NCBI GenBank assembly: GCA_036172245.1 | Contig: JAYWIR010000004.1 | Coordinates: 2,294,001 to 2,358,000 of the forward strand | Length of the DNA: 64,000 nucleotides | Direction: 5' to 3' | From: Raillietiella orientalis | Lineage: Eukaryota | Notes under the pieces: generated by a model | The model's input: only the letters and a program-made list of their open reading frames with translations | The model's database searches: none | What the model was told of the DNA's origin: nothing | Shown here: in pieces, positions 38,301-51,800 of the stretch | Position numbering within the stretch: the stretch's first letter is position 1 | Layout: each line of letters starts with the position of its first letter | Translations under genes and position numbers: made by a program

Positions 38301-41300
38301 TGTGGACCGATCTGTACATCCATGACGCGTTGGGTTTGCATTGGATGTGTTCCCTTAGAATCATAGAAAAATTCAGATGTCAAATGATCGCTTATGTGCA
38401 ACCAGAAAGATTCCCACGTACGAATTCCACAATTCAAAACCTACTAATGAGTGTACCTCAAATGTACAAAGGTTTATTTTGATCTGGAAAAATGAAAAAC
38501 CTCAATATCTTGATCGTCTAAATCGCAGTGGCAGGCAATGTAAACTGTCGAGAGGACAAATGCAAACGCTCGGATTAATGATCCAAACACAGAATGGAAA
38601 AACAGCTTCGCGAATAAAGATACACCCTTTGTTTACACATCAACAGAAAATTTGCGTACATTCAAAAGCAAAGCATTATTTCAAAGCAAAAAAACATGTT
38701 CTAGATGCCGAGAGATGAGATTAGAACGGAACTTCATTTCCTCTTGTTTCAAGGGAAAAAATAAAATCAGAAAAAACTGTTAACAAGTAAAAGAAATAAA
38801 GGTCAGCATTTCATAGTCTTTGAAGGAGGCTTGCGGACGAAAAATCGAGTACAGTCCACTTCATTGAAGCCCACACTGTACCAATTTAACATTATGGACA
38901 CTTGCATGTTTTGTTTTGTTTTGTTTTTTTAATAGTGTCATAGTACGCAAAACATCCCCTGCATGCTGAAAGAGTAATGACAAACGAAAGATCCTTCGAG
39001 AGTTTCTGCATTTGTACCGTACTCCTCTTTCAGTGTGTGGAAATTCTTTTAAAACTGTAGTGAATCTTCTATTTCCTTCGAAAAGGCTCAAAAGCATGAC
39101 CATGATCTTGTGCTTCATCAAATAGGTGCGCCTCCAATTCTATGCAGTATGCGCTGTCCCGTCATGGTAATTTCATGACTGAAATTTCTTGTTGTTATGA
39201 AAACCTCGAGAGACGCGTCTGCAGAAATTCTCATTCTTTAATGTTAGAATGACAAAAATCTTATCATAAGAACAGAGGTGACTGATGCAAAAAGACCGTC
39301 GACGTGGACAGATTCCCATCACTTCGAGGACCAGTGTTTCCCCACATGATTCAAGGAAAACTCACCGATGCACCAAAACGCTCGAAAAAGTTTTCCCATG
39401 AGTTTGTGGTTCTTGCATTTTTCAAGACCCTTAGAATATCCAGGAAACTGGATGTTCGCAACAGTCTGCTCTCAAAGATTACACCAATTAATCCATCAGC
39501 AACGCACTGGAGTCCACACTTGAAGATCTGCTGCTCGAACCTGTCCCCGTAAATAGTACCGCTTTGAGTTACCGAATCTATGAGTGAGAGATGCGTGCTT
39601 AAAAGCAAAGCCAGTGTCCATTTCAGGGAGCAAGGACAATTTCGAGTCCAATGCACAAACAAGCTTCGAGATCCACAGCAGTTTAATCAGTCTAAGAACA
39701 ACCTAAATGTTCGTCTACGAATTTTTGTTTTTTTCCCGGGGAAAAACAAAAAACAGTTGGCCAATTTCCTAGAAATCTCAAGATGGAATCACTAGCCAGT
39801 GAAGAACTTGAAAAATCAAATTTCGAATCCCCGCGAATTCCAAGCTTTTCGTGTGCGAAGAGTCAACAAAATTATTCGGAGATTCTAATACGAAACTTTC
39901 TGGCTGCCTTGACGATAATGTTGAAAAATTTGCATCCCAGTCTTCGATCGTCAAATCTTTGTGATTACCTCATTAAGGTAGGTATTTTCACCTTTGGCTG
40001 TAGGATTTTTAGCGTTGCTACATGATGGAGATCCTGAGGTGACTTTGAAAACGATCGGATCCTCGATACCACAGGCTTTCCAAATTTTACAAGGCTGCAT
40101 CAAAAGAATACGCATTCTCTCCAGATCACACCAGTTTTGTAAACTCTAGACCAAATGTTCAATTTCTCGCACATTCGGGAATCACTTACTTCAGATCGAT
40201 GGATTATCGTGTAGCTCTGACTGCCTGTCTCCCGGTCTGGTTTCTCCATTAACGTTTTACATCTTATACTTAGTAGCCATGGAGAAACAGAAGCTGATTC
40301 ACCTCCTTTGGCATACGAACATTCATTTTTCTTCTGTATCCAAACAGTCATGGATGCTGAGTAATAATTACGAAAGTGAAATTCTTCAACCTTTTAAACA
40401 TTCAAGAGAAATGTAAAAAAAAAAAAAACTTTTTTTTTTCTTACACATTTTATAGCATACATTAAGACTTCGAAGTAATTGGAAATACATAAGGAATTAA
40501 TGTAATATTTATATACACAGGAAAGTTTTTTTCGAGATTATTTCAAGGATTGGGGTTCATTTTCATTGCATTCATCCTACGCCAGCAAATTATGAGACAA
40601 AACACTGAATCGATAAAAATTATCGACTATAGATGGATTTCAGTGATGACTCTCTTGATGTCTGCTAAAGGCAGGACTATTAAACTATGAGCTATATAAA
40701 TCAACATCAATAAAAACTTGTCGGAACGAGCAGCAATGTGTTATTTCTACATGTTGCTCCTTGACACGGGTTGAATGACAATGACCGCTTGTCACATATC
40801 ACAGTACATTATTTTATATAAGAGTTAAAGAGATTGAAAACTCAAGATGGATGCATCACTTTATCCTATTCTGTTAAAATTTCAATTGAAGAAATTGATG
40901 CATTGCCAAATTAATACACTAATGCATGCCCTTCCCCCCCTCCAAAAAAAAGCAGTCATTGAGGTTGCATCAGTCGTGACTTTGAGATGAAAAATTAAAA
41001 TAATGCATAATTACATCTGTGGGCATTGAAAAGTTGATGTCATAATAGCATCCCAAAGGCTGACTCGCTTCCTCCTCATCTATGCAGTGACGACTTTTCG
41101 AACAGATCGGACCTTTTACAGTATATGAACTATTTGTCAAAATATCCATTGCAAAAACCAAGAAAAACGGCAGACAGTTAATATCATCAAAAGTTCATAA
41201 GCTTGTGAATGGAAATCTCCATTTTGTGGATGGTACTTTATCCCAGTATCGATTAAACGCATCAGTTTCTACAGCAACTCGTTAGGTGTTTTGCTTTAAG

Positions 41301-44199
41301 AATTCAAAATGGATGCCACAGCTGCGTTTATTTCAAAAATAAAAGTAAAAATTACGTCTAATTAAATAGCACAAAATCGAAGTTCGCTTCAATTCTTCAC
41401 CTAGGTCACATAAGCACATGCGGCTTGTCGAAAGTGATGATACAAATCATAACAAATCGAATCCGGTAATTTCATTTCATTTCATTTCATTTTTTTTTTT
41501 CAGTTATGAAACGTACTCATGTTCGGATAAGAATTTTCACTTGATCAATTTTTTAAGTAAAGCATTCGTATCAATTGAAACTGTAGCAAACAGACTAGGA
41601 ATAAATAATCTCGTGACAAACCTACTGTATTTTGTTCATGTAAATTTCATTTTTCGCTTACTACAAAGCTTTCTTCGTTTCCACTACAAAATATTTACAG
41701 ATAAGCCTGGTTAAGAACACGAATCAATTTCATCTACAAACATTCTACCGACTAGTACAATCTCAACGGTTGTAGCAAAGTTGAGCGAGCAAAAAAGACA
41801 TGGTAAAAACGGAAAGGCATAGTGAAAGCTGATACATAAGGCGAGACACTTTCAACTGATTTTTGTGTGAGAGGCAAAAGCGTTTACATGATGAGTTTGG
41901 TACAAGGCCTGTATCACACTGTTTCCAGGCGGTTTTTGTTGCGAGGCGCTCGCAATAGCCAAATCCATTGGAGACGGCCACGCCCCTTGCCCTTCGGCTA
42001 CAACTGCTAAAAGAATTGCGGTCAGCGTGCAGGCCAAACGCCGCGTAAATAAAACAAGAAATGCACTCGAGTTTTCGGGTGAAGAAGAGCTCTGGAAGGG
42101 GGAGTACATTAAGATAAAGCGTGCACATTTTCCAAAGGATCTTAAAAATCTCGAAAAGCTCCAAGAAGTTCCATCCAAATTTGCGGTGGCGGTGGTGCAC
42201 GTCACCTCAAATTTTGACAGATGAGAGAGATACTACTCACACACTTTAATGAGAGATAAGGTGATCATCTCTCATTAAAGGAGGTGATCTTCATTGACTT
42301 TGCAGCGCTAGGAACAAAACTAACACGTAGCAAGAATAATCAAATGTAGATATTACAAATATTTATATTATTACAATATGCATAATACTGTGTGTAAAGC
42401 ATTGGAGCTCTTGATTGATAAGGTTCCCTAGAATTGTCTTTATTTCTTTTTTGCACTCTGGGTCGCAGAGATCAGAATTTCTAAAGAGCTCTCACATTTG
42501 CAGCCACATTGTCTTCAGATTTTGAATCTTTTTTAGAAGGTGGAATTATTAGCCGAATGCTTTCTGAAAAGGAATTTCAAAGTTAGTAATGCATACTCTT
42601 ACTAAGAAATGTAAAGGATTCTCCTTAGGGAACCTGAATTTGATCCCATTTGAATTTTAGCCACTCTGGGGAACTTTTTTTTCACGTAACACAAATGAAA
42701 AAATTCAGTTTTGGTCCCAACCAAGCATCCCACCTTGATTAAACCTACCAAAAAATACAGCCAAACCTCGATTTGTAGCTTCTCATATTAGATTTTCTCT
42801 TCATAACGGAAGCATCTTTTCCTGAATTCCCAATTATAGAAACTGATGACAACCACGGCTAGAAACCTGCCTATTGAATGCTTTGAAATTGATAAAATTT
42901 CTTAGTAATGAATAACTTGAAAATTGAATTAAACTCTAAACGTAGACGCCAGCGTTCCACAGATATCAAGTCAGATTTCTCTCAGACCCAGAGAAAAGAA
43001 TCAACTGCATCAAGATACCAGGAGAAATCCTGTATACTTGAAATATAAAAAATATATAGTGTCACCAACTAATCCACTGTTAAAAGATGGATAACAGAGA
43101 GATCGCTTTGATGTCGACTACAAAAATACAGAAGACAGAACAATAGTTGTTTATTACCAAGGTTTAGAAGTTTTAAGCAACCATAAAGGATAGTTTATGA
43201 CCTATTGAGTGAATAAAATAAACGACCTCATTGTTTACTTGAAATTACAATTTTTAGAGCTTTGGCAATTTCTCCGAATGTTTTTAGAAGCCACAACTTT
43301 CTTCTCTTTCATGAGACACTTAAAGCTGACACTTATAACTGATATCAAGATAATGAATCACTGAAGGATCATTTATGATTTTCATTTCCATTGCAAACCA
43401 CAGATAAATTCACTTTGTTGTCATGGCAGCACGCAGCGTTTACTCCAATCTTTGTTTTGCCAGCCTCAGATAAGAATCTTAATCAGAAAAAGAGCTGAAT
43501 CCTCTTATAAAATTCCAAGCTTTCTCGGAGGTCTTGATTGTGCCTTCGAGTGCTTTAGGAACTATTGTTTCCTTGAAGTATGTAAATTTTTCTTTCGAAA
43601 ATAATAATTCTAGGCAGGAAGAACTGAAGGCTTGCTATTGCTTGCATTCTGTTTAGAAATTACTTCCAGAAATTCCCGCTTCGAAACTTTAAAGCCATGG
43701 AAGTGTGTTAGAGAAATGGAAGTAAGAGTGTTGACAAGTGAAAAGCAATATCTCTTTTACTAGTTTCAAAAATTTACAAACCCAACACATAAAATGGATG
43801 GCTCTACACCATCTTCCTTCCCTCCTATTTCCCACCAACAGAAGTCTGAGCAGAAAGGATGAAAAAGTTGTAATTTGGTGAAGATATGAATGCCATTCCA
43901 TTGTCATTACATTTCCTACGGGTCTTGTTGCTGCTGGGCAGAGGCATCTTCCTTTAGTTCTGTCAGCATCATGCAAACATCAGACTTTCCATGTGGTAAA
44001 TGTCACTACAGTATCGAATATTCAAGGCCATCATCAGATACTCCCGCGTACAGTCATGGGACGCAAGTTATCGAAAAATCAAATCGTTTGGGGGATCCTC
44101 AAATCACAAAGAGTCAACTGCAAACGCGTGAATCTTCATTTTCGCTCCTTGAAATGATAAGTGGAGTCCTGTTTCCTCATATTCGTTTTCCTTTTCTTC

Positions 44200-44700
44200 C
44201 TACACCTGAATGTCTTCTCCATTTACAGATAGATAGGTTGGATAGGCGACATACAGGATCACGATATTACCGCCCTTTTGTTGGCCTAATTCTGAAGGAG
44301 AAGAAGAGTCTATGTAGAGGACTTGCTGGTTTGCTGGTATTAACCTCCACTTCCTCGCCGACGTATTTCTCAGCCGTTCTACAGTGGCATCGTGTCTTTC
44401 TGTATGGAGACGAGAATGACTGATGAATTGGTTTAAATACATGAGGTAATATCTCCTCCCATACTGCAAATCGAATGCAGGAGCAGTCTTCTTCTCGCTG
44501 TCTTGCCAAACCTCTTCGTGTACGAAACGCAAACCTGAGTAATCCTTCAACGTCAAGAGCTGAATGTCTGATGCAGTCCAATGCACCGCATGTTTTTTCC
44601 TTGTTCTAGGCTTTGAGTAGTCAGGGATTGCCAAGCACAGCTGCGTTCAGCAGCTTGCAGTCTGAAGTTACCATCCTCCTAGTAGTTGGGCCGAAGATGA
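44200..44700 (-). mobile_element. Decayed Ty3/Gypsy pol fragment (RT connection / RNase H)
   Basis: With one frameshift it reads KLLNAAV-LAIPDYSKP, matching the typical L..APVLA.PD.SKPF motif. Downstream AVHWTASD and RRYYLMYLNQF loosely match the RNase H motifs VHTDASD and FRYYL.G..F. Confidence 0.5.
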
Positions 44701-45721
44701 CTTCCCCGATGGTTCTCCACCGTCGAATTCCCATTTCATATTTATTCTTGCAGATCCCTCTCTTCCAGCAGTCCACCAGGTTTCTTCACTCTGTCGAGCT
44801 CATGGACCAGACGTCTCTCAAGATAGGAACTTCCCAATATCTTCATCCGAGATTGATTAAAAGTTTTTTTTTTTTAATCAGCTCTCAGAGAACTTCCCGC
44901 TCATGTCCATCACAGTGACCTCCAGTTAGGTTAGTCGCTTGAGGCAGCCATCGATGGTGGTTGCCTTAAGCGATAGCTTGAGCCGTTAGCCGATAGCAGC
45001 TTATGGCCCAAGCATTCCTTTTGCCACTCGCCATACTAGTACTCATTGGCAGCTCTTGAAGACAGATGTAGACACTTCTTAACCATACGACGCACTTCCT
45101 TGTTGGTAAACTTCCAAGAGCTCTAAGGGTGCGTCCCAAGCCTCTGAAAATTTACAAGACTGGGAACTATGTTCAGAACACCCATTTTTTGACAAGCAAT
45201 GAGACCACAGCTCATGACCAACCCTGCCCAAGATGCCCTCCTTTGATGGATGTAGAGGAAGAATACCGCTACCGCGATCTTTTCCATCTAGTATTAAGAT
45301 TCGCTCCGTCTCACGTCGAAGTGAACAGCGGATGCTTCGGAGCATTCCTACCAACCAGGTTTTACGAAAACAACTAAATCGTACACAACAGGATGTCATC
45401 CTGCGCTACTTTCACAAGAAGATGAATTAACAGAGACAAGAAAGACTGAACACTTCTCCATCGAAGAAATCAAAAGTGCGTTTTCAGGACTATGTAAGGA
45501 ACTCACAGACTGAAGACCGAGAGACCTGACAATGTGTCCACCTCTTAATATCAGCCTTAAATAAACGTCTACCTGAGCCTGTTCTGTGGATTTACTGTGA
45601 AAATTAAGGAAGGAATGCTGCAGAATATGCTTTTGTGGTTAACATATAGAATAGCGTCCTGATTCCCAAAATACAATTCTGAGCACTCTTCTATCCACTA
45701 AAACAGGGGATAAAACATTTT

Positions 45722-46442
45722 ATGAGGGCCCATACACAGACCCTGGGTCACACTGAAAAACTTATTCAGTCACTGGAGGGAGAAAGATGGTATCCGAATG
45801 AAGCCGATGAAACATGCGATCTAGCTCCTAGAAGCCACAAAAAGTGGATGGGTATACGCTGCTCACAGGGCTTTCTTCAAACTGATGAATTGCTCGAATG
45901 GCTTCATGAAATCATTGGTACCTAAGAGAGGCCAGTGGACGAACATCAATCCCACATGGTCACGAAAACGAGAGCTGGTTAGCATCAGCCAACTGAGTGG
46001 TACCCGAAGGCAAAGAGCTTTGGGAAGAATTTTCCAAAAGTTAATTCCTTCCCATTCACTGAGCAGCAGAACAGTGGATCCATTGAGGAGCAAGAGAGAA
46101 AATCAGAAACTGCGAAGAGTTTGCCATGAGTGGAAACCACTGCAAGATGTGGTTGTTCTCGCGTCTTTCGACACGAGAACTCTGGTGGGATCGAGTGAAC
46201 GAGCGGTGCCTGATATGGAAAGCAAACACGAAAAGTTGTATTCGAAGATGATGCCAGAAACAGAAGACCCTAAACGCCGTCGCGCACAGAATCCGGACGG
46301 TCCATGTCAAGTGCTAAACAATACAAACAACAGTTTGAAAGTCAGAACTGCCACTAGAAATTCAAGACGACCTGCTGAGGTTCTACCACGGAGGATTCGT
46401 ATATGGCACACACAACTTCGGCGATGGACGGGCAAGCCTTAG
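45722..46442 (+). mobile_element. Decayed Ty3/Gypsy integrase fragment
   Basis: AHTQTLGHTEKLIQSLEGERWYP resembles the HHCC zinc-binding start (H..GH.G..KT...L....WP). PKRRRAQNPDGPCQVLNNTNNSLKV (about 46270-46342) resembles the GPY/F module. A purine tract and LTR-like segment follow. Confidence 0.4.
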
Positions 46443-46738
46443 AAATAAGTCGGCAAGGCATGCGGAGAGGAAAACCTTACTCCACCTGTTCACCTAACAA
46501 ATGCTGATCCAGAATAGGACAGTGGTTGAGGCAGGTGATCGGCTTGCAGTACACGACCAAGACTTGATCTTGAGTGGACTCTTCGAGCGGCAAAGGATGG
46601 TCCCCTCAAATGACCCCATAGTGGAACTGACAATAGCATTCTTTATCACGAGCATCGTAATAAGGCGGAAGCTTCCTCAAGGAAGCAAGTGGCAGTCGTG
46701 AAAATTTCAACAGGTCTGCTGATGAGAAATCTGCAGTC

Positions 46739-47025
46739 AAAGAGGGGACTCTGTGCGGGTGCTTACGTATTTCTTGAAAAGTTTAAAAAGTATTAACCGA
46801 GTGCAGCGCAACCCCAATACTTCTGCAACATTCGTGCAGTGATAAGTGTGTGAACTGTAAACTGGACTGCAGATTAAGTGTGTGACTTTACCAGAAACTG
46901 ACATTTATTAACACTGATCAGGGCACAGTTTTGTTCTGTTTTGTATTATTGTGCACGGTTGTTGCATAAAATGTTGTTGATCCCACGGCTTGTCGGATTG
47001 AAGAAATTTGTGTAAATCGGTAACA
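46739..47025 (+). mobile_element. Candidate polypurine tract (46739-46748) and 3' LTR (46752-47025)
   Basis: aaagagggga is followed 3 nt later by TGTG..., and the segment ends ...ggTAACA. It lies directly downstream of the integrase-like fragment. No second LTR copy was found in the window. Confidence 0.35.
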
Positions 47026-48276
47026 TGTAGTAATCTTTGGATTTCACTTCTAAAATCATTTATTTTTTCTGTTTAACAATTTTCTATGTAAGTGTTTTTA
47101 ATGAGTGAATTTTTAGATTGCACAGATTCTACGAGGTAAAATCGACGGTGCATTCACTGTCAATGACTACATTAGAATTATTTTTAAACGTTTTCTTTCT
47201 CAGATAGGCTGCATTTCTGACTTTCAAAATTCAGCTTCCCATCAGAGTAACACATTAAAAAATAAAATCTTTAATTGTTGGTAACGGTTGCTGGTCGTAT
47301 GAAATAGTCGAAATGAAGTCATTAAGTGTTGGTTTAAAATTGTTCTGGATGAATTTGACAAAACCAGAAAAGTACTTACCTTCATACACATTTTGGATTG
47401 TATTCACTGATCTAATGAGAAGTTTCCATATAATTTTCAAATATGCAAATGCTCTTTGACTATTCGAGACAAGGTGTCCTTTGACCTTCATCTTTAACAT
47501 ATTTTAACTAGATTGTGAAGATCATTAATTTACTCAGAAATTATTTTCGGATATAGATTTTGCTTTATATTCCACAAAACCAACAATACTAAGTTCAAAT
47601 GAATCTGAAAGTCATTTATAAAATTGTTCCGGTAAGGCAACTTCAAGATTCTTTAAATTCGCTTTTCCCTGCTTTTTTTCTTTTGTTTATTCAAAGAAAA
47701 TTAAAATTCGATTTGTGTTAGAGCTGTGCATTTCTACACTACACTATATTGTTGCTCTCTTAGTTTGAGGATCATTTGATATGAAGGTTTATCATTTTGT
47801 TTATGATAGTTCCTATGTTCTCTAATTTTGTAAGTCTTTTGCCTCTGAAGGGCATTCTTTGTTATGAAGTTGGTCATTGCTATGCTCTGCTGAGAGAAGA
47901 TGCTGAGACTATGTAGAAACTACACACATGGAGATGATGAACATAAGTCCCAACCATTCAGTGACTGCTTAAGTTGATGGAATTTTCTACCAACATTCAC
48001 ATCCATTCAGGCAGAGATTTAAGTTTTAAATGTAAGATCGATTGTTGGAAACATTTCCATTCACTGTCTCATCTTTCTGGGTAGGATAGGAATGCAAGCA
48101 GCTTCCCTGTTTAGTAAAATCAATATTTAGTGCAGTTCTCTTGATAAGGTCTCACACTTGAATCCATTCAGTTTCCTCAAAGAAATTCATGAGAGAATTA
48201 CTAAGTATTCCTACATACTAATACATTTAAAAGATAATACTGACCATTATCAGGGAAGCAACTACAAGCCTCTTTG

Positions 48277-48282
48277 TTTATT
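48277..48282 (-). promoter_or_regulatory. Candidate polyadenylation signal of contactin
   Basis: First canonical AATAAA I noticed on the minus strand downstream of the stop (about 580 nt away). The context is AT-rich, so it may be a chance match. Confidence 0.3.
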
Positions 48283-48863
48283 CGTTAGTTCTTTTCGTGT
48301 GGTTTTTCCATTTCTAAATGAAAACTCTGGATTTCCCATGTAAATAGCTACATTAGGATAAAGAATGTTCTTATGATAAACTTGGAAATACCTTTCCTGC
48401 TCAAAATTTTCTTCATAGTCACCACTGCCATATCTGCTCTTAAAGCAGATATAGCAGTTATTTAAACTTTTTCTCATGTTTCCTTTAAGCTCTTTTATCT
48501 ATTTTTCTCTTACTATACTGGCTATGTTTTAAGCACTTGCTTAGTTCTGTACCAAAGATGAGAAATGCGTTCTTGTAATGATTTGTGTTTTTTCACTGGA
48601 ATCTCTGTGAAAGACATGGTTTGTACTGCTACAACATTCACATGCAGATGAAAGCAGTCTCATTGCATGAAACAATGGTCTACAAAATTGGGAATTTTTT
48701 GACCTACATACTATAAGCTTTAAGATCATTATAATAGTATAGAACCCCATGGATATATCCCCAATTCTAAGCCCTTTTAATACAACTAAAAAATATAAAA
48801 CTATATTTGTCATTTTTGTGATATGATAAAGCACGTATGGACGGAAAATATATAAAAAAGTTA

Positions 48864-51800
48864 CTATGATAATATGAGAAAGACATAAACTCCAAATAAC
48901 ACAGATGATAATGTGATTGTGCAGCCAGATCCTCTAAGTTTTTCTGGATCACCCATTTGAAATTTCTTAACAGGGGCTGACATCTGTCCATATCCCCCTT
49001 GTGAATATGCCATAACTCTTAGGAAATAGATCTTTCCAGGAATAAGTTTATCAACATATGATTCAAGTTGCTCGCCACGTTTCTTGGTAATTTCACGGGC
49101 AGTAGAGAAATCTTGCTCAGCTTCCCATATCATCACCTCAAAGAATACTAATTATCAATATAACAAAGCTCATTTATTTACCTTGAATCCCAATAAAGGC
49201 TCCTCCTCCCCTGGCAATGCAGCATAATTCCAAGTAACTCTGATAGAGACAGGATTTACTTTGTGCACTTCAACACCTACAGGTGGTGTTTGTGGTGCCT
49301 TACGGTATGTTCTTTCTGCAGGCAAAGAGAACTGACCAAATAGTGTGTTACATAGCTTACCTAAAAATCGTTCACTTTCTGCACCAGGTCCTGCCTGATT
49401 GAATGCCATCACCTTAACATAATACTCTGTGTTGGGTTGTAATCCCAAGATAAGAGACCATGGTCTGATGGATCGACTAAGCAGATAAAGTGCATCTGTC
49501 TCATTATCTATACTTCGCCAATATTTAATCTATAATCACTATTAAATTTTATATATAGCTATCAGAGCATACTCTGAATCCAATAAGGTGTCCTCGAACA
49601 GCTTCCCTGCTTTCACCAATAGGCTTCCAGGTTACATTAAGAGCTGTTGCATTATATGGAAATGCAGAAACTTGGGCAGGTGTTATTAATGGCATAGCTT
49701 CTGCACTGTAAACAACAACAGGATCCGATTCTGGACCACTGCCCATGCTATTATGTGCTTGCACTTTAACTTCATATTGGCAAAAAAAATATTTTAACGG
49801 ATCCACATCAACAACATATGAGCCTGTGTTGCTATTGTCTCTTATTTCTTGATAATTCCACTCTTTTTCTATATCAATCTCTACACGCCTCCAAAACACT
49901 TTATACCAGATGCCAGGGCCATTTTGATCTTGCAGTGGTAAAGGAGTCCATGTGATAGTAAGATCGCCTGTTTTTCCACCTCCGCCACCTACACATGATG
50001 GTGCCTTACTTGGCCTATCTGGTTTTGTATTATAAGATGGCGATGGATTTGAAAATGGGCCCAGGCCGAACTCATTGATAATTGCTATACGAAATTCGTA
50101 AGTTGACCAAGGGGAAAGAACATTAAACAGTGGCATTTGCAAACGAGTACTGTGTGCACTACGGTAATGCGTAGTGCCATCTGCAATTGTATGAGTCAGC
50201 ATCTATAAACAACGTAAAATGTACTTACTTTCAATCAATAACTGCCAAGTCCTATTCCATAAAGTGCGGCCTTCAACAAGGTATGATAAAACAATGCCAC
50301 CATTTAGAGCACCATCTGACCAAGTAAGAATCGCAGAAGTTGCAGTCAAATTGTAAGCTTCGATGCCACCTAGGATTACAATTAAAATCACATCAAGGAT
50401 GTGAAACATACCAGGAGGACCTGGAGGGCCCAAAACTTCCACATTCATTACAGCAATGGCTTTACCAATAGAAGTCTTTAATATACATTCATATTCTCCT
50501 ACATCTTCCAATGTGATATTATTGATTCTCAATGTTCCATCTTGTTCTCCCTGAACATAAACTGTGAAAAGAGTCCCTTATTTTTAGATGTGATACCTGT
50601 GAGTAATGCATGTTGTCATGCAACTGTATACGCAATCCACTGTGTGTCCAAACATAAGTTTTTTCTATAAAATCATCCACGATTCCTTCACACTTTAATT
50701 CAATACTGCTGTTAATTGTAGCAGTAGTGACAGAAGGCGAAGCATAGATGATTTGTGGGCCATCTAAAAAATCCAACTAACACTGAATACATTCTCTGCA
50801 CTCACTTAATACAATAAGATGACCACTACTCTCTGCCTTGCCCAAGCTATTTGAGACTATACACGTATATGTGCCTTGATCCTCATGATGTACGGGATTT
50901 ATCATTAGATGACCATTAGGAAGCACAGAATGCCGAATTCCAGGAGTCAATAAATAATCATCTTTCTTCCACGTGTACAATGGTGCAGGAGCAGCTTCTG
51001 GTTTGCAAGGAATCGTGACATTGCCATCCAGCGTAGCAAACATTTTCGACTTTATGGGGCACTTATCAAAATTGGGAGAAAAAGCTAACCTCAACACCAT
51101 AAAAAAAAAAATCCGACTGTTGCAATGCTTACCAAGAACACGTAATTGGGCACTTGAATATGTAGATCCAAGTTGGTTGGTGGCTTGACACTGATACATA
51201 CCAGAATCCACTTCACTTACTCTTTGAATCATGAGAGTATTGTTTTTTATTTCATAACGGTCGCGATCTTCCACTGGTAAATTATCAACATAAAGTGGTA
51301 AACTATTCCTTAGCCACTGATATTTAATCTCTGGAATGCCAAAGGCTTCACATGTCCAGGATATACTTTGTCCGAGATCTAAATGCAAATTTTCCAAGGG
51401 AATAGTGAAATATGGTTTGGCTGCAATAATTCTAAGATTCAAATGAAGATTCAGTTTTCAAATACCTTGGACATTAAGTACAACTGAACTCCGAATAGAT
51501 AATCGATTATTAAAAGCAGTACAAATGTATTCACCTCCATCAGCTATAGATATATGAGGCAAGCTGAGAATACGATTATAATTTAGTAAAGCAGCACGGG
51601 GAGGGAGATTCTTGCCATCTCGCCTTGTCCAGTTGTAAGAAGGAACTGGGCTATATGGTGAATCACAATTCTGTCCTGAAATTTCTACTCACTAGCCAAA
51701 TGCTACACATTCCAATTTCACATCCTGTCCCACAACAGGTGACTCAGGGAAAATTTTGGGAAAATTGTTGGGAAACTTCAACTGTTGGTAATTGGCTATA

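Noticed and set aside
5110..38418. Su(H)/CSL-type CGTGRGAA sites at 5110, 5258, 12582, 23877 and 38411
   Set aside because: They are scattered rather than paired or clustered. About 2-3 are expected by chance in this span, so five is not persuasive.
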